Source: Myxococcota bacterium
Lineage (GTDB): Bacteria; Myxococcota_A; Polyangia; Polyangiales; JBCCZL01
NCBI GenBank assembly: GCA_039187775.1
Contig: JBCCZL010000002.1
Coordinates: forward strand, 1-60,733
Length of the DNA stretch: 60,733 nucleotides
Direction of reading: 5' to 3'
Below are positions 9,890-18,624 of the stretch, piece after piece. The translations under genes and the position numbers were made by a program. Within the stretch, counting starts at the first letter, position 1. Every line of letters begins with the position of its first letter. The notes under the pieces were generated by a model. The model saw nothing but the letters and a program-made list of their open reading frames with translations, ran no database searches and had not been told where the DNA came from.

Positions 9890-11155
9890 ATGCGAACCAG
9901 TTCTCTGATCTCTCTCTTTGCTCTTTGTTCTGCGCTACTTCTGGGTGGCTGCGGGGACGATGACTCGTCCGGAACCCCGGACGCGGCGGCCCCGGACGGG
10001 ATGGTCGACGCCACGCCCGACGCCATGCTGGACGCGACGGCCGATGCGACTCCCGATGCTGTCATCGACGGCATGGTCGATGCGTCCGATGGAGGCGACG
10101 GCGGCATGATGCCTTGCGCCCCGAACCTCCTCGTGACCACGAGCGACTTCGCGACCGCCCAGCTGTTCTATGTGGACACGATGACCCTCGCCCCCCAGAT
10201 GCTCGCAATGGACCTGCCGGACCAGGACACCCTTCCGACCGCGGCAGGGTGTTCGGTGGCGCTTCTTCAGCGGGCCAATGGCATCGTCCAGTATCAGATG
10301 GACGCGGACCCTCTCATGTCCGCCGGCACGGTGGACGTGAATCCCGCGGGGGCGATGCCACCCTACGCGGCCAATCCCCAGCGGGTGATCGCGGTCAGTC
10401 CCGCCAAGGCCTATGTGATTCAGGGTTCTCTGAACGAAGTGACGATCATCGACCCCTCGACCTTTTCGGTGACGGGCTCGATCGATCTCAGCGGCTTCGT
10501 GAAGCCGGCCGACACGGACGGCGGAGTGAATGCGACCGACGCGATTCAGATCGGTGACCGGCTATATGTGGGCCTCGGCAACTACTACTTCGACGCGACG
10601 GGAATCAACTTCACCGGCTCGGAGCTCGCCGTGATCGACACGACGACCGATATGGTCGTCGACCTCGACGCTGCGACCGACGGAGTGCAGGGCATCGACC
10701 TCCAGGGAGAGAACCCTTGGCGAGGACTCGTCTTCGACGCAGCGGCAAATCGGCTCTTGGTGGGCGCCACCGGGGATTCGTTCGCCATCGATGGCAGCAT
10801 CGAAATCGTCGACCTGGCGATGGGGACCGCGGAAGCCTCGCTCCTCACCGAAATGGAGCTCGGCCAAGAGATCGGCGGTTATGCCTATGTGTCGCCCACC
10901 CGCCTCTACGTGCTCACCGGCTCGTGCCCCGGCGGGTGTTCGCTCCAGAGCGTCGATCCGAGCGCCGCGGCCCCCACGGCGACGATGGTGCAGGCCGACA
11001 CCAACGGCATTCTCCTTCACGAAGGAGTGCTCTACGCATGGGGCGCAGGAGGGCTCCGAACCTTCGATCCTGAAACCGCGATGGAGACCACCCCGGGGGG
11101 CACCCCCGTGGCCCTCGGAACCCTTCCGATCTACGGCGTCGCTCCGGCTCCCTAA
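9890..11155 (+). CDS. Beta-propeller (YncE/YVTN-like) surface lipoprotein, probable cobalamin-binding protein
   Basis: Lipobox LGGC, DA-rich linker, blades such as KAYV...VTIIDPSTFSVTGSIDL and LYVG...LAVIDTTTD; GGGAGG RBS; riboswitch upstream. Confidence 0.8.
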   Translation: MRTSSLISLFALCSALLLGGCGDDDSSGTPDAAAPDGMVDATPDAMLDATADATPDAVIDGMVDASDGGDGGMMPCAPNLLVTTSDFATAQLFYVDTMTLAPQMLAMDLPDQDTLPTAAGCSVALLQRANGIVQYQMDADPLMSAGTVDVNPAGAMPPYAANPQRVIAVSPAKAYVIQGSLNEVTIIDPSTFSVTGSIDLSGFVKPADTDGGVNATDAIQIGDRLYVGLGNYYFDATGINFTGSELAVIDTTTDMVVDLDAATDGVQGIDLQGENPWRGLVFDAAANRLLVGATGDSFAIDGSIEIVDLAMGTAEASLLTEMELGQEIGGYAYVSPTRLYVLTGSCPGGCSLQSVDPSAAAPTATMVQADTNGILLHEGVLYAWGAGGLRTFDPETAMETTPGGTPVALGTLPIYGVAPAP

Positions 11156-11266
11156 CCCAGGCTGCACATCTGCTCGGGGGCTGCACCTCGAGCAGATGTG
11201 TGACAGAATTGCGGTGAGTTCGGATTTTTTTCCTCCCCCTCGAAGAAAAATCGTCGAAGGAGGGGA

Positions 11267-11809
11267 ATGAATCCACGCCCGATCCGTACACCAGCCGAGG
11301 ATTCCGTGATTCAGGTACTGCCCTCCGCCCGCCGATCCCTCCGACGAAGCGTCCGCGTCGAAACCTGGCTCTCCGTCGAGGAAACCGGATCGGGATACGG
11401 AATTATTGAAGATATTTCCATATCAGGGACTTGGATCGCGACCACTGCGGGGGCGAGCGTCGGCTCCGCAGTGGTCGTCGAGTTCTCCCTCGGCGGGCAG
11501 CGGTTCTATCTGCCCGGCACGGTGGTTCGGGTCAGCGAGAGTGGTCTTGGCGCCGAGTTCCTCTACGAGGACGAGGTGCTCGCCGAGTGCATCGCCAGAA
11601 TCCCGGTGGGTCATGACCCAGCTCGCGCCGACTCGGAACGAGAGCTTCGCGTGGAGACCGCCATTGCGCAGGCGGTCCTCGACCAGGGATACCGATTTCG
11701 CGAAAGCGGCCTCTATCCCGTAGAGCCCAGCGTGATCGATCTCGATGAGGAAGCGACCCTCGAGAGCGACGACTGCGTCGAGATTCTCCCCATCGAGAGC
11801 ATTCGCTAA
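11267..11809 (+). CDS. PilZ-domain protein with acidic tail
   Basis: RRSLR (RxxxR) and DISISG (DxSxxG) c-di-GMP motifs; GTVVRV..GLGAEF. Confidence 0.85.
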   Translation: MNPRPIRTPAEDSVIQVLPSARRSLRRSVRVETWLSVEETGSGYGIIEDISISGTWIATTAGASVGSAVVVEFSLGGQRFYLPGTVVRVSESGLGAEFLYEDEVLAECIARIPVGHDPARADSERELRVETAIAQAVLDQGYRFRESGLYPVEPSVIDLDEEATLESDDCVEILPIESIR

Positions 11810-11832
11810 ATAGGAGCTATGCTCCTCGGGCT

Positions 11833-12729
11833 ATGGTCCCGAAACAAATCCTTTGCGCCACTGATCTGGCGACCTCCGGTCAAGAGGCGTGTCAGCTGGC
11901 GGGCCGGTTGGCCGAGCTCTTCCAAGCCGAACTCATCTTGGTGCACGCCACCGACACCACGGACTGGGCACCCCCCACCGGCCCCAGCTCGGCCGCGATC
12001 GCGGCGATGCAGGAGCAGCTCCAAGGTGCCAACGCGTCCGCCCAGAAAGCCCTTCACGCGCAGCGCGCAAGTTTTGAAGAGCGCGGCATCCGAGTCCGAT
12101 GTCACCTCCAGCATGGCCGCCCGTGGTCCGCGATCCTCGAAGCCGCCAAGCAAGATGAAGCGAGTCTCATCGTCGTCGGCGCGCGACCCAGAGAAGAACG
12201 TTCCCTTCTGGATCGGGTGATCGGATCGACCGCCGAGCGGGTCGTTCGACACGCGACTTCCGATGTGCTCGTCACGACGGGAGACGGGCCGGCAGACTGG
12301 AAAGGCGCAAAGATCGTTGTCGCAGTCGATTTCTCCGGCACTTCGCTTCGGGCGCTGGACATCGCGGTGCACGCAAGCAACGCCCTCACGGGAAGCCTTC
12401 ATCTGTTGCATATCGCCCCGGATCCACTCGAGCCGGAGATGGGGCCGGAGAAGTACAAAGAGACCCAGGCGCGACTGAAGAGTGAAACCGAAGATGCGCT
12501 GCGCGCGCTCCTTAAAGAGCGCGGGGCGGAGGGGAACGGGTATTGTCGCTTCGGTTCGCCGGGGCCGGTCGTCGCCGACCTGACGGCAGAGATCGACGCC
12601 GATATGATCGTCCTCGGTTCCCGAGGTCAGAGCCGGTTCCGCGGCATCATGCTCGGAAGCACCACGGAACGGGTGCTGCGGCGAGCCACCATTCCGGTGT
12701 GGGTGGTGCGCCCCGAAAGCAACGCATAG
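11833..12729 (+). CDS. Tandem universal stress protein
   Basis: ILCATDL...IGSTAERVVRHA and IVVAVDFS...GSRG...MLGSTTERVLRRATIPVWVV. Confidence 0.93.
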   Translation: MVPKQILCATDLATSGQEACQLAGRLAELFQAELILVHATDTTDWAPPTGPSSAAIAAMQEQLQGANASAQKALHAQRASFEERGIRVRCHLQHGRPWSAILEAAKQDEASLIVVGARPREERSLLDRVIGSTAERVVRHATSDVLVTTGDGPADWKGAKIVVAVDFSGTSLRALDIAVHASNALTGSLHLLHIAPDPLEPEMGPEKYKETQARLKSETEDALRALLKERGAEGNGYCRFGSPGPVVADLTAEIDADMIVLGSRGQSRFRGIMLGSTTERVLRRATIPVWVVRPESNA

Positions 12730-12749
12730 GGTTCCAGCGGCCTGCCCAG

Positions 12750-13244
12750 GTGGAGATTCGGTTTCACAAACTGACCGACGCCCATCACCGGCTGGAGATC
12801 GAGCGAAGCGACGGGACGAAAGACGAAGTCGAATGCGAAACGCGGAGCTATCTCCTTCACGACCTGACCCACTTTGCCGTCGAGTCCGCGGCCGAGCTCG
12901 ACCACGGCTTCTGGGCGCTCCTTGCGAGGGGTGTATCTCTCGCCGCTCTAGCCCACGATGCCAAGGAAGCGACGGCTTGGCCCCGCCTCATGGCGATCGA
13001 GAAGATCGTGGCGTCGCTTCAGGGGCCACTCTCGCATCAGGAACCGCGAGCGCTGCACGCCCACTTCACCGATCTCGCCGACGCTCAGAACACAGCCCTC
13101 CCAGAGTGGTTTACCGAGGACATGCTCTCCCGCGCCCAAGACATCCGCCGCCGCCTTGTTGGGCACTGGCGCGCGACTGCGTACGGAAAAACGATGCAGA
13201 TCTCGTGGCCGTGCACCGAGCCACCCAATCAGCGGCCACGGTGA
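12750..13244 (+). CDS. Hypothetical protein with HDxxH...E putative metal-binding motif
   Basis: GTG start at 12750 after the USP stop; LLHDLTHFAVES...GFW. Confidence 0.7.
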   Translation: MEIRFHKLTDAHHRLEIERSDGTKDEVECETRSYLLHDLTHFAVESAAELDHGFWALLARGVSLAALAHDAKEATAWPRLMAIEKIVASLQGPLSHQEPRALHAHFTDLADAQNTALPEWFTEDMLSRAQDIRRRLVGHWRATAYGKTMQISWPCTEPPNQRPR

Positions 13245-13387
13245 AGGTGGCGAACTCCAAAAGGCTCCGGACACCGCGCGCGCCGTGTTCTCGAGGGGGG
13301 CGAGGACGCCCCGAACGACGCTGGCAACAACTCGGCGACGCGGGGGCGAGTCCATCGCGCCGATGCTTGTCTATCGCAACTCACGCG

Positions 13388-14524
13388 TTAGCCGAGCTCC
13401 GCGTCCAGTTGGCGACGCCAGTCGCTGAGCGCATCCTCAAAACGCCCAAAGCGGAAGTGTGTGTTGGCGGAGGTGGCCAAGCCCCGCTGGATCCTTTCGC
13501 CTATTTCGAAATCCTCATCGAGCGTCTGCACCGAGAAGGCGTGGTTCTTCTCCAGAAACGTCCGCGCCTGGTCGCTGAGCTCACCTTCCTCTGGGGCGGT
13601 GCCAACGGTGAGCACCTCGATGCGGGTACGGTCCACGGCGAGCGGAGTCAGCAGGAGTAGATCGAAGTGCGACTTCTGGAGCAGGATCATTGCGTTGGGG
13701 TGAATCGAGTAGACGATATGCGTATGGTCGCGAATGTCCCACCGCTCTCGAGGCAAGCCGTCGAGTTCGACGATCGAGCGCTTTGGCAGCACCGACCGCA
13801 TGTGCGGTCCGATGCGCTCCCAAGTCGAGGCTGTGTCGACGAAGAACGGCGCGATGGTGTCCTTGTGGGCGATGATGAAATGGTAGGACTCGATGCCCCC
13901 TTCGACGACGAGCTTCCAGTTCGCCTTCCAGGTACGCGCAGTGGAGGCGTAGGCCGTCGGACGCGGGCCGACCATCTTCTCCAGCTCCTCGACCAGCGCA
14001 GCGGGCATCGGCTCGGGATCGACCCCCGGAGTGGGGCACACGAACACCAGTCCCGCCGCCTCGAGGCATGGAAGCTCGACCAGCCCGTGGTCCTGCACCT
14101 TGAGCGTAGGGAAACCCTCCGGGTGTCGCGTGCGGTGGAGCGTGCCGTCGACGTTGTATGTCCAGGCATGGTACGGACACACGAAGCGCTTGCAGCGTCC
14201 TTCCGACCGAAGCTCGACCGTCGCCCCCCGGTGCCGGCAGACATTGAGAAAGGCACGGAGGCGACCATCCTCACCTCGCACAACCACCACCGGGTTGCCA
14301 ACGACGTCTGCCGTCACGAACTCACCCGGCGCCGCCACCTTCGAAGACAGGGACACGACGTTTAGCTGGCGCTCGAAGATCTGTTCTTTTTCAAGCCCAA
14401 AGCGCGCCGCATCACGGTAGTCGGAAGTGGGAACGAGGTGCTCATCACCGTCCACAGGACGGCGCTTCGCCAGTGCCATCGCCAGCGACGTCGTTAACAA
14501 ATCGATCTCTTTCGCTCTGTCCAT
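13388..14524 (-). CDS. Rieske non-haem iron oxygenase alpha subunit
   Basis: Rieske ligands CRHRG...CPYHAW; iron-site motifs ANWKLVVEGGIESYHFIIAH and DEDFEI; ATG 14524 with GGAG RBS. Confidence 0.92.
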   Translation of the reverse strand: MDRAKEIDLLTTSLAMALAKRRPVDGDEHLVPTSDYRDAARFGLEKEQIFERQLNVVSLSSKVAAPGEFVTADVVGNPVVVVRGEDGRLRAFLNVCRHRGATVELRSEGRCKRFVCPYHAWTYNVDGTLHRTRHPEGFPTLKVQDHGLVELPCLEAAGLVFVCPTPGVDPEPMPAALVEELEKMVGPRPTAYASTARTWKANWKLVVEGGIESYHFIIAHKDTIAPFFVDTASTWERIGPHMRSVLPKRSIVELDGLPRERWDIRDHTHIVYSIHPNAMILLQKSHFDLLLLTPLAVDRTRIEVLTVGTAPEEGELSDQARTFLEKNHAFSVQTLDEDFEIGERIQRGLATSANTHFRFGRFEDALSDWRRQLDAELG

Positions 14525-14538
14525 GGCTCCTTCTCCGC

Positions 14539-15141
14539 TCACCGCTCGTTGATGCAAAGGACGCGCTGCATGAAGTTCTGAAGCTCGCGCACTACCCGAT
14601 TCCGGGACATCTTGCGCCCACGGGAAAGGGCACCGTGGAGGCCCTGCCCCACACCACCCATCAGCAGCGCACCGCAGATCTCGGCATCGACATGCGCGGG
14701 AACACGGCCCAGGCTCTTTCCTCTCGCGACGTTCTTGACCGCACCGCGCACCAGTCGGTCAGAGCGGAGTCTCTGGTGCCTCACCGCCTCGGCGTCTCCG
14801 ATGAGCCGCTGCTGTATCAGCGCACCCAACGGGTGTCGATAGTGGAACTCCACGGTCACGCGAATCCGCTCCTTCTCGCGTTCCCACCAGTCATCGGACA
14901 CTTCTTCGAACGTAGGACGGTAGGCCAGTGCTTCCCACGCGTCGTAGAAGCTATCGACGAGCGCCACCAGCAGGTCGCTCTTCGATGAGAAGTGCCTATA
15001 GGGCGCACCGGCCGAGACTCCGGCCCGGAGGGCCACGGCCGCGAACTCCACCGCGCCATCGTGAGCCACCAGCTCCTCGGTGGCTGCTTCCAGGAGTCGC
15101 TGACGCGTGCGACTACCGCGCGATGTCTGTCCAATCGGCAT
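14539..15141 (-). CDS. TetR/AcrR family transcriptional regulator
   Basis: TRQRLLEAATEEL...VALRAGVSAGAPYRHFSSKSDLL helix-turn-helix; ATG at 15141. Confidence 0.92.
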   Translation of the reverse strand: MPIGQTSRGSRTRQRLLEAATEELVAHDGAVEFAAVALRAGVSAGAPYRHFSSKSDLLVALVDSFYDAWEALAYRPTFEEVSDDWWEREKERIRVTVEFHYRHPLGALIQQRLIGDAEAVRHQRLRSDRLVRGAVKNVARGKSLGRVPAHVDAEICGALLMGGVGQGLHGALSRGRKMSRNRVVRELQNFMQRVLCINER

Positions 15142-15223
15142 TAAACAGCGAGGGCAGCTCTCGAATGGGCAGGAATATCCGCACGTTGCGCAATCAGAGG
15201 GCTTAACGGTCACCGCTAGATAG

Positions 15224-15262
15224 AAAGTGAATTCACTTTACTTCACTTCCTTGCTCTGTCAA
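15224..15262 (-). promoter_or_regulatory. Sigma70-type promoter overlapped by a perfect 16-bp palindrome (probable TetR operator)
   Basis: Minus strand TTGACA (15262-15257), 16-bp spacer, TAAAGT (15240-15235); AAAGTGAATTCACTTT at 15224-15239 is its own reverse complement. Confidence 0.75.
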
Positions 15263-15480
15263 ACACCATGATGGCGCGAATCCGGAAGCGCCGCTCCACA
15301 ACGGTCTCAAGCTCGCGAACGTCGCCCTTTAGCAGCACAGCCACAAGAACAACATGCACACTCGTTTCATGGTTCACCCGTGGACGAGTACGCGCTGGGC
15401 GTTCGAAATTCGGCCTCTAGGAATCACATGCCGTACGTGGGTCCATCCTGCAGCAGAACGGGCGGCCGCACCGCGTTGTC

Positions 15481-16746
15481 TCAAACGGTGACCCGGTAGA
15501 AGTAAACGGATGAACCGGCGTGATTCACCACGACGAAACCGCGGAGCTCCTTTACGTAACTCCACCGACCATAGGTTCCTGCCGTGACCTGTTGTGGAGG
15601 GGTGTCTCCATGAAAGGTCTCGTGGTTCCAGGTTGGATTGTCTCCATGAACGCTGACCCACGCGACGTCACGGGTGCCCGGCTCCAAGGTGCGGTTGTTG
15701 GGCGACGAGCTTACTCCGGAGTTGAGTGCGTAGAGTCGCTCCTGATGGCTGTCGTACGCGACGGCTTGCGCGCTCCCCCTGGGGTAGTCTGCCGTGGCCC
15801 ACGAGGTCGATTCTGCCGATCGAACGTTGATCTTCTGTGGTTCGGTGGAACTGCCAGGACCGCGATCGAATGCGAATACTGTGTCGGCGAGGCCGCCGCC
15901 CATGTCGCCCATCGGGCAGCACATACTGTCGCCCCCGACTCCCCCGGAACGCATGGTCCCCTCGTTGCGCCAGCTGCGCGGCTCAACTCCGTCCACCGTA
16001 CGACCAAAGGGATTGTAGGCGCCGATCGTCTGACCGGTGATCGAATAAAAGAGCCCAGTCGTCGGGACGTAGACGCTATTGCTGTGCTGCTTGATGCGAC
16101 GAAAATCCCCGGTGTCGGGGTGGGAGATTCCGCGCGCTTCATCCCAGTCACCGGAAGCGACGTCGTACACATCGACGCCCCGTGATACGCCTCCCGGACC
16201 ACAGTGGACCGAGTTCATCCAAAGCATGCAGATCTTGCCCGCACCGTATGAAAAGTCTCCCGAGGTGTGACGGGCGGTGGGTCGCCCATCGGCGTTGTGC
16301 TGCGTGCAGGTGCGGAGGTGGGACTCCCGGGACTGGGAACTAAGCTGGCTCCACTGCGGGTTGTCTGCGCCTGGCCCGTAAAGGGGGCCAAACGCGTAGA
16401 TCGAGTTGTCGGGCCCGTTAAGGTGGCCGCCGCCCATGACGCAGAGATAAGGCTGGCCACCCATGTAGGCGACGGTTCCTCCGGAGTATCCGAAAAGGTT
16501 GTACGGCCAAAGTGACCCTCCGGCGATGACGTCATCCGGAGGCGTCCAGTCCTCAGAAGTCCCCACCCGTGCCTCTTGAGCCGCCAACAGTGAGGAGTCA
16601 CCAAAGCTTCCTCCGCCGGGGACAGTGCCCGACGACGGAATCGCGACGATTACCCCTGGGTTCTGCCACGCCGGATACCAGGAGGGGAGCGCTTCGGCGC
16701 GAGTCAAGATCCTCACACTGAAAGGAGGACTGCTGATCTGACTCAT
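15481..16746 (-). CDS. Kelch-like beta-propeller protein without a signal peptide
   Basis: GGGH..GPDNSIYAF, DGRPTARHT, VDVYDV..GDW and C-terminal GTYGRWSYV...VYFYR; ATGA overlap with the upstream gene. Confidence 0.75.
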   Translation of the reverse strand: MSQISSPPFSVRILTRAEALPSWYPAWQNPGVIVAIPSSGTVPGGGSFGDSSLLAAQEARVGTSEDWTPPDDVIAGGSLWPYNLFGYSGGTVAYMGGQPYLCVMGGGHLNGPDNSIYAFGPLYGPGADNPQWSQLSSQSRESHLRTCTQHNADGRPTARHTSGDFSYGAGKICMLWMNSVHCGPGGVSRGVDVYDVASGDWDEARGISHPDTGDFRRIKQHSNSVYVPTTGLFYSITGQTIGAYNPFGRTVDGVEPRSWRNEGTMRSGGVGGDSMCCPMGDMGGGLADTVFAFDRGPGSSTEPQKINVRSAESTSWATADYPRGSAQAVAYDSHQERLYALNSGVSSSPNNRTLEPGTRDVAWVSVHGDNPTWNHETFHGDTPPQQVTAGTYGRWSYVKELRGFVVVNHAGSSVYFYRVTV

Positions 16747-18038
16747 GCCAACACCCGGGGGCTACCGCCGTTTTCAAAGAGAGCGTACGCGTATTGAAGC
16801 TCGCCCTTGTTGACTCGTAGGTACGCAAACCCCAGTGCCGAAGCGAGACGGGAGTCCACGTAGTGCTCGATCGACGAACGTTCCGTACGCTGTCCGCCGA
16901 AGTAGTTGTGTTGCGTGTCGAGGAAGTGGTCCCATGCGCGGTCGAGGTAGGTGGGGTTTCCATCGAGCTTGTAGGCAAAAACGAGCAGATTAACCAAGCT
17001 GATGTTGTAGGTAGACCGGCTCGCCGATCGATGCTGGGTCATCGTACCGTTGCTTCCCATGCTGGCTCCCGTTTGGGGATTCGGAGAGTTGGGGTTGTCG
17101 CTTGTGAGGCTGGCGTCTCTTCCATGGCGCACGACCCAGTTCGCCATCGCGATGATCCGACTGCGAACATCTTCCGCGGTGACGCCCCTGATCGCCCTGC
17201 CCCCGCGAAGTGAGCGGTAGAGCTGCCACAACGAGTCCGCAAGCACGCCAATGTGGAAGGACGAGCATGCGCGCCATCCGGCCGCAAAGGCGTTGACTCC
17301 AAACTCGCGGTCGGTCTTGCCGCCGTCCCAGAAGTACATTCCCGCCGTCGGATCCCATTGCTCGCTGGAAAAGACACTCTCGACCACCTGATCGCGAAAT
17401 TCGATCACGGTGGGGTCAGCGGAGACTTCGGCGGCGGCGACCGCCAAGCGCAAGAGACGAGCCCACCGACGTTGAGCTCTCCCCAACGCACTCTGGTATC
17501 CGCGGTACCAGTTCGAATCGATGAGGAACTGCCGCACGTCGCGGGCGATCGCTTCCACCACTGCCCGAGCCTGTGCATCGCCCTCACCCACAGCCCAATC
17601 GCGAAGCCCCCATCCGTAAACGTGGTCGAGGTTGCACGGGTCACTCTGGGAAGCACGCCACGCATCGTCCGGCCAGATGTTCTTGTAGTAGTTGGCCAGG
17701 TTTTCGGCCCGAGTGCGATAGACCTCCGCGGCGCCGGGTTCGAAGTCGCGCAGGCGCCGATACATCTGGTAGGCGGTCCAGAGCTCATCACCCTCGGTCG
17801 TTTCGTGGAACTCTCCCGCACGGCCACCTCCCTCAAAATCGGATTTGTTGCGATAGCGGTCGAGGCGAGAAGCATCGTTTCCGTCGGTGATCAGTCGAAC
17901 TGCGCCCGTCGTTAGCAGCCCTCTGCGGGCATAGGCTCGGTCTTCGTCCTGCAGGGTCGGGAGCTCACCCAGAAGGGCCTCCGAGGCTTCTGGCAACACT
18001 TGAAGCTCAAACGCAGCGCTGGTCGCGACGGCCATCAC
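16743..18038 (-). CDS. Hypothetical helical, aromatic-rich protein (possible alpha/alpha-toroid carbohydrate enzyme) without a signal peptide
   Basis: 431-aa ORF translationally coupled on both sides; W/Y/R/H-rich amphipathic helices (e.g. YLDRAWDHF). Fold call is inference. Confidence 0.7.
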   Translation of the reverse strand: MMAVATSAAFELQVLPEASEALLGELPTLQDEDRAYARRGLLTTGAVRLITDGNDASRLDRYRNKSDFEGGGRAGEFHETTEGDELWTAYQMYRRLRDFEPGAAEVYRTRAENLANYYKNIWPDDAWRASQSDPCNLDHVYGWGLRDWAVGEGDAQARAVVEAIARDVRQFLIDSNWYRGYQSALGRAQRRWARLLRLAVAAAEVSADPTVIEFRDQVVESVFSSEQWDPTAGMYFWDGGKTDREFGVNAFAAGWRACSSFHIGVLADSLWQLYRSLRGGRAIRGVTAEDVRSRIIAMANWVVRHGRDASLTSDNPNSPNPQTGASMGSNGTMTQHRSASRSTYNISLVNLLVFAYKLDGNPTYLDRAWDHFLDTQHNYFGGQRTERSSIEHYVDSRLASALGFAYLRVNKGELQYAYALFENGGSPRVLA

Positions 18039-18445
18039 AACCCGTCGTCGGCGGTTGCGATGAGTCCGTCGACCGAGGCTTCGTCGGACGGCGTGCCGCT
18101 GATTCGCCCGTTATCGAATGACAAGCCCGCAGGCAACGGCATGTTGAGGGTGATCGTCGATGCGCCACTCGCGTCGGTGAGATATGCACGCAGGTCCAAG
18201 TCCACGGGTTCACCGACGACGAACACCAGGCTGGGAATGCTGGCCCACATAAGGGTCTCTGCAGTCATGCCTCCGTCGGGCGAGGCCCCGTCCGGAACCG
18301 ACGAGTCAGGCCGAGGCGGGGTCCCATCCGGGGCGATGACCGTTCCGCACCCGGCAGCGACAACCGAGAGGCCGGTCGAGATCACAAAGTGCCGACGGCC
18401 GAGGTGGCGGTGTCCGATGGTGTCGTGCTCTACGGGGTCTTCCAT
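18035..18445 (-). CDS. Small Tat lipoprotein with a putative Ig (He_PIG-like) domain
   Basis: GRRHFV twin-arginine motif, lipobox AAGC, and LPAGLSFDNGRISGTP Ig signature; ends at ATADDGL. Confidence 0.8.
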   Translation of the reverse strand: MEDPVEHDTIGHRHLGRRHFVISTGLSVVAAGCGTVIAPDGTPPRPDSSVPDGASPDGGMTAETLMWASIPSLVFVVGEPVDLDLRAYLTDASGASTITLNMPLPAGLSFDNGRISGTPSDEASVDGLIATADDGL

Positions 18446-18624
18446 GGGGCTCCTTCGCGGCGTCTGGTCCAGAACCGCGGAGCCGTCTCGAACCGGTCCA
18501 CGGACTTATCCGGCTCACGTTGCCGGATCTGTGCCACGGAGGGGCCTTGAAATCGTGAGCGAATTCGTCGCTGGTGGGCGAGCGCCCTCCGGCTCGCGTT
18601 GGTGGGGTAATCCCCACCAACCTG

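Noticed and set aside
11221-11231. CGGATTTTTTT matching the reverse complement of 42281-42291
   Set aside because: An 11-bp match that is mostly homopolymer; insufficient evidence of a shared site.
13245-13387. Second copy of the MITE-like element
   Set aside because: Only 7-bp matches (GTGAAGG, TCACGCG) in the wrong arrangement, and no CTAG flanks.
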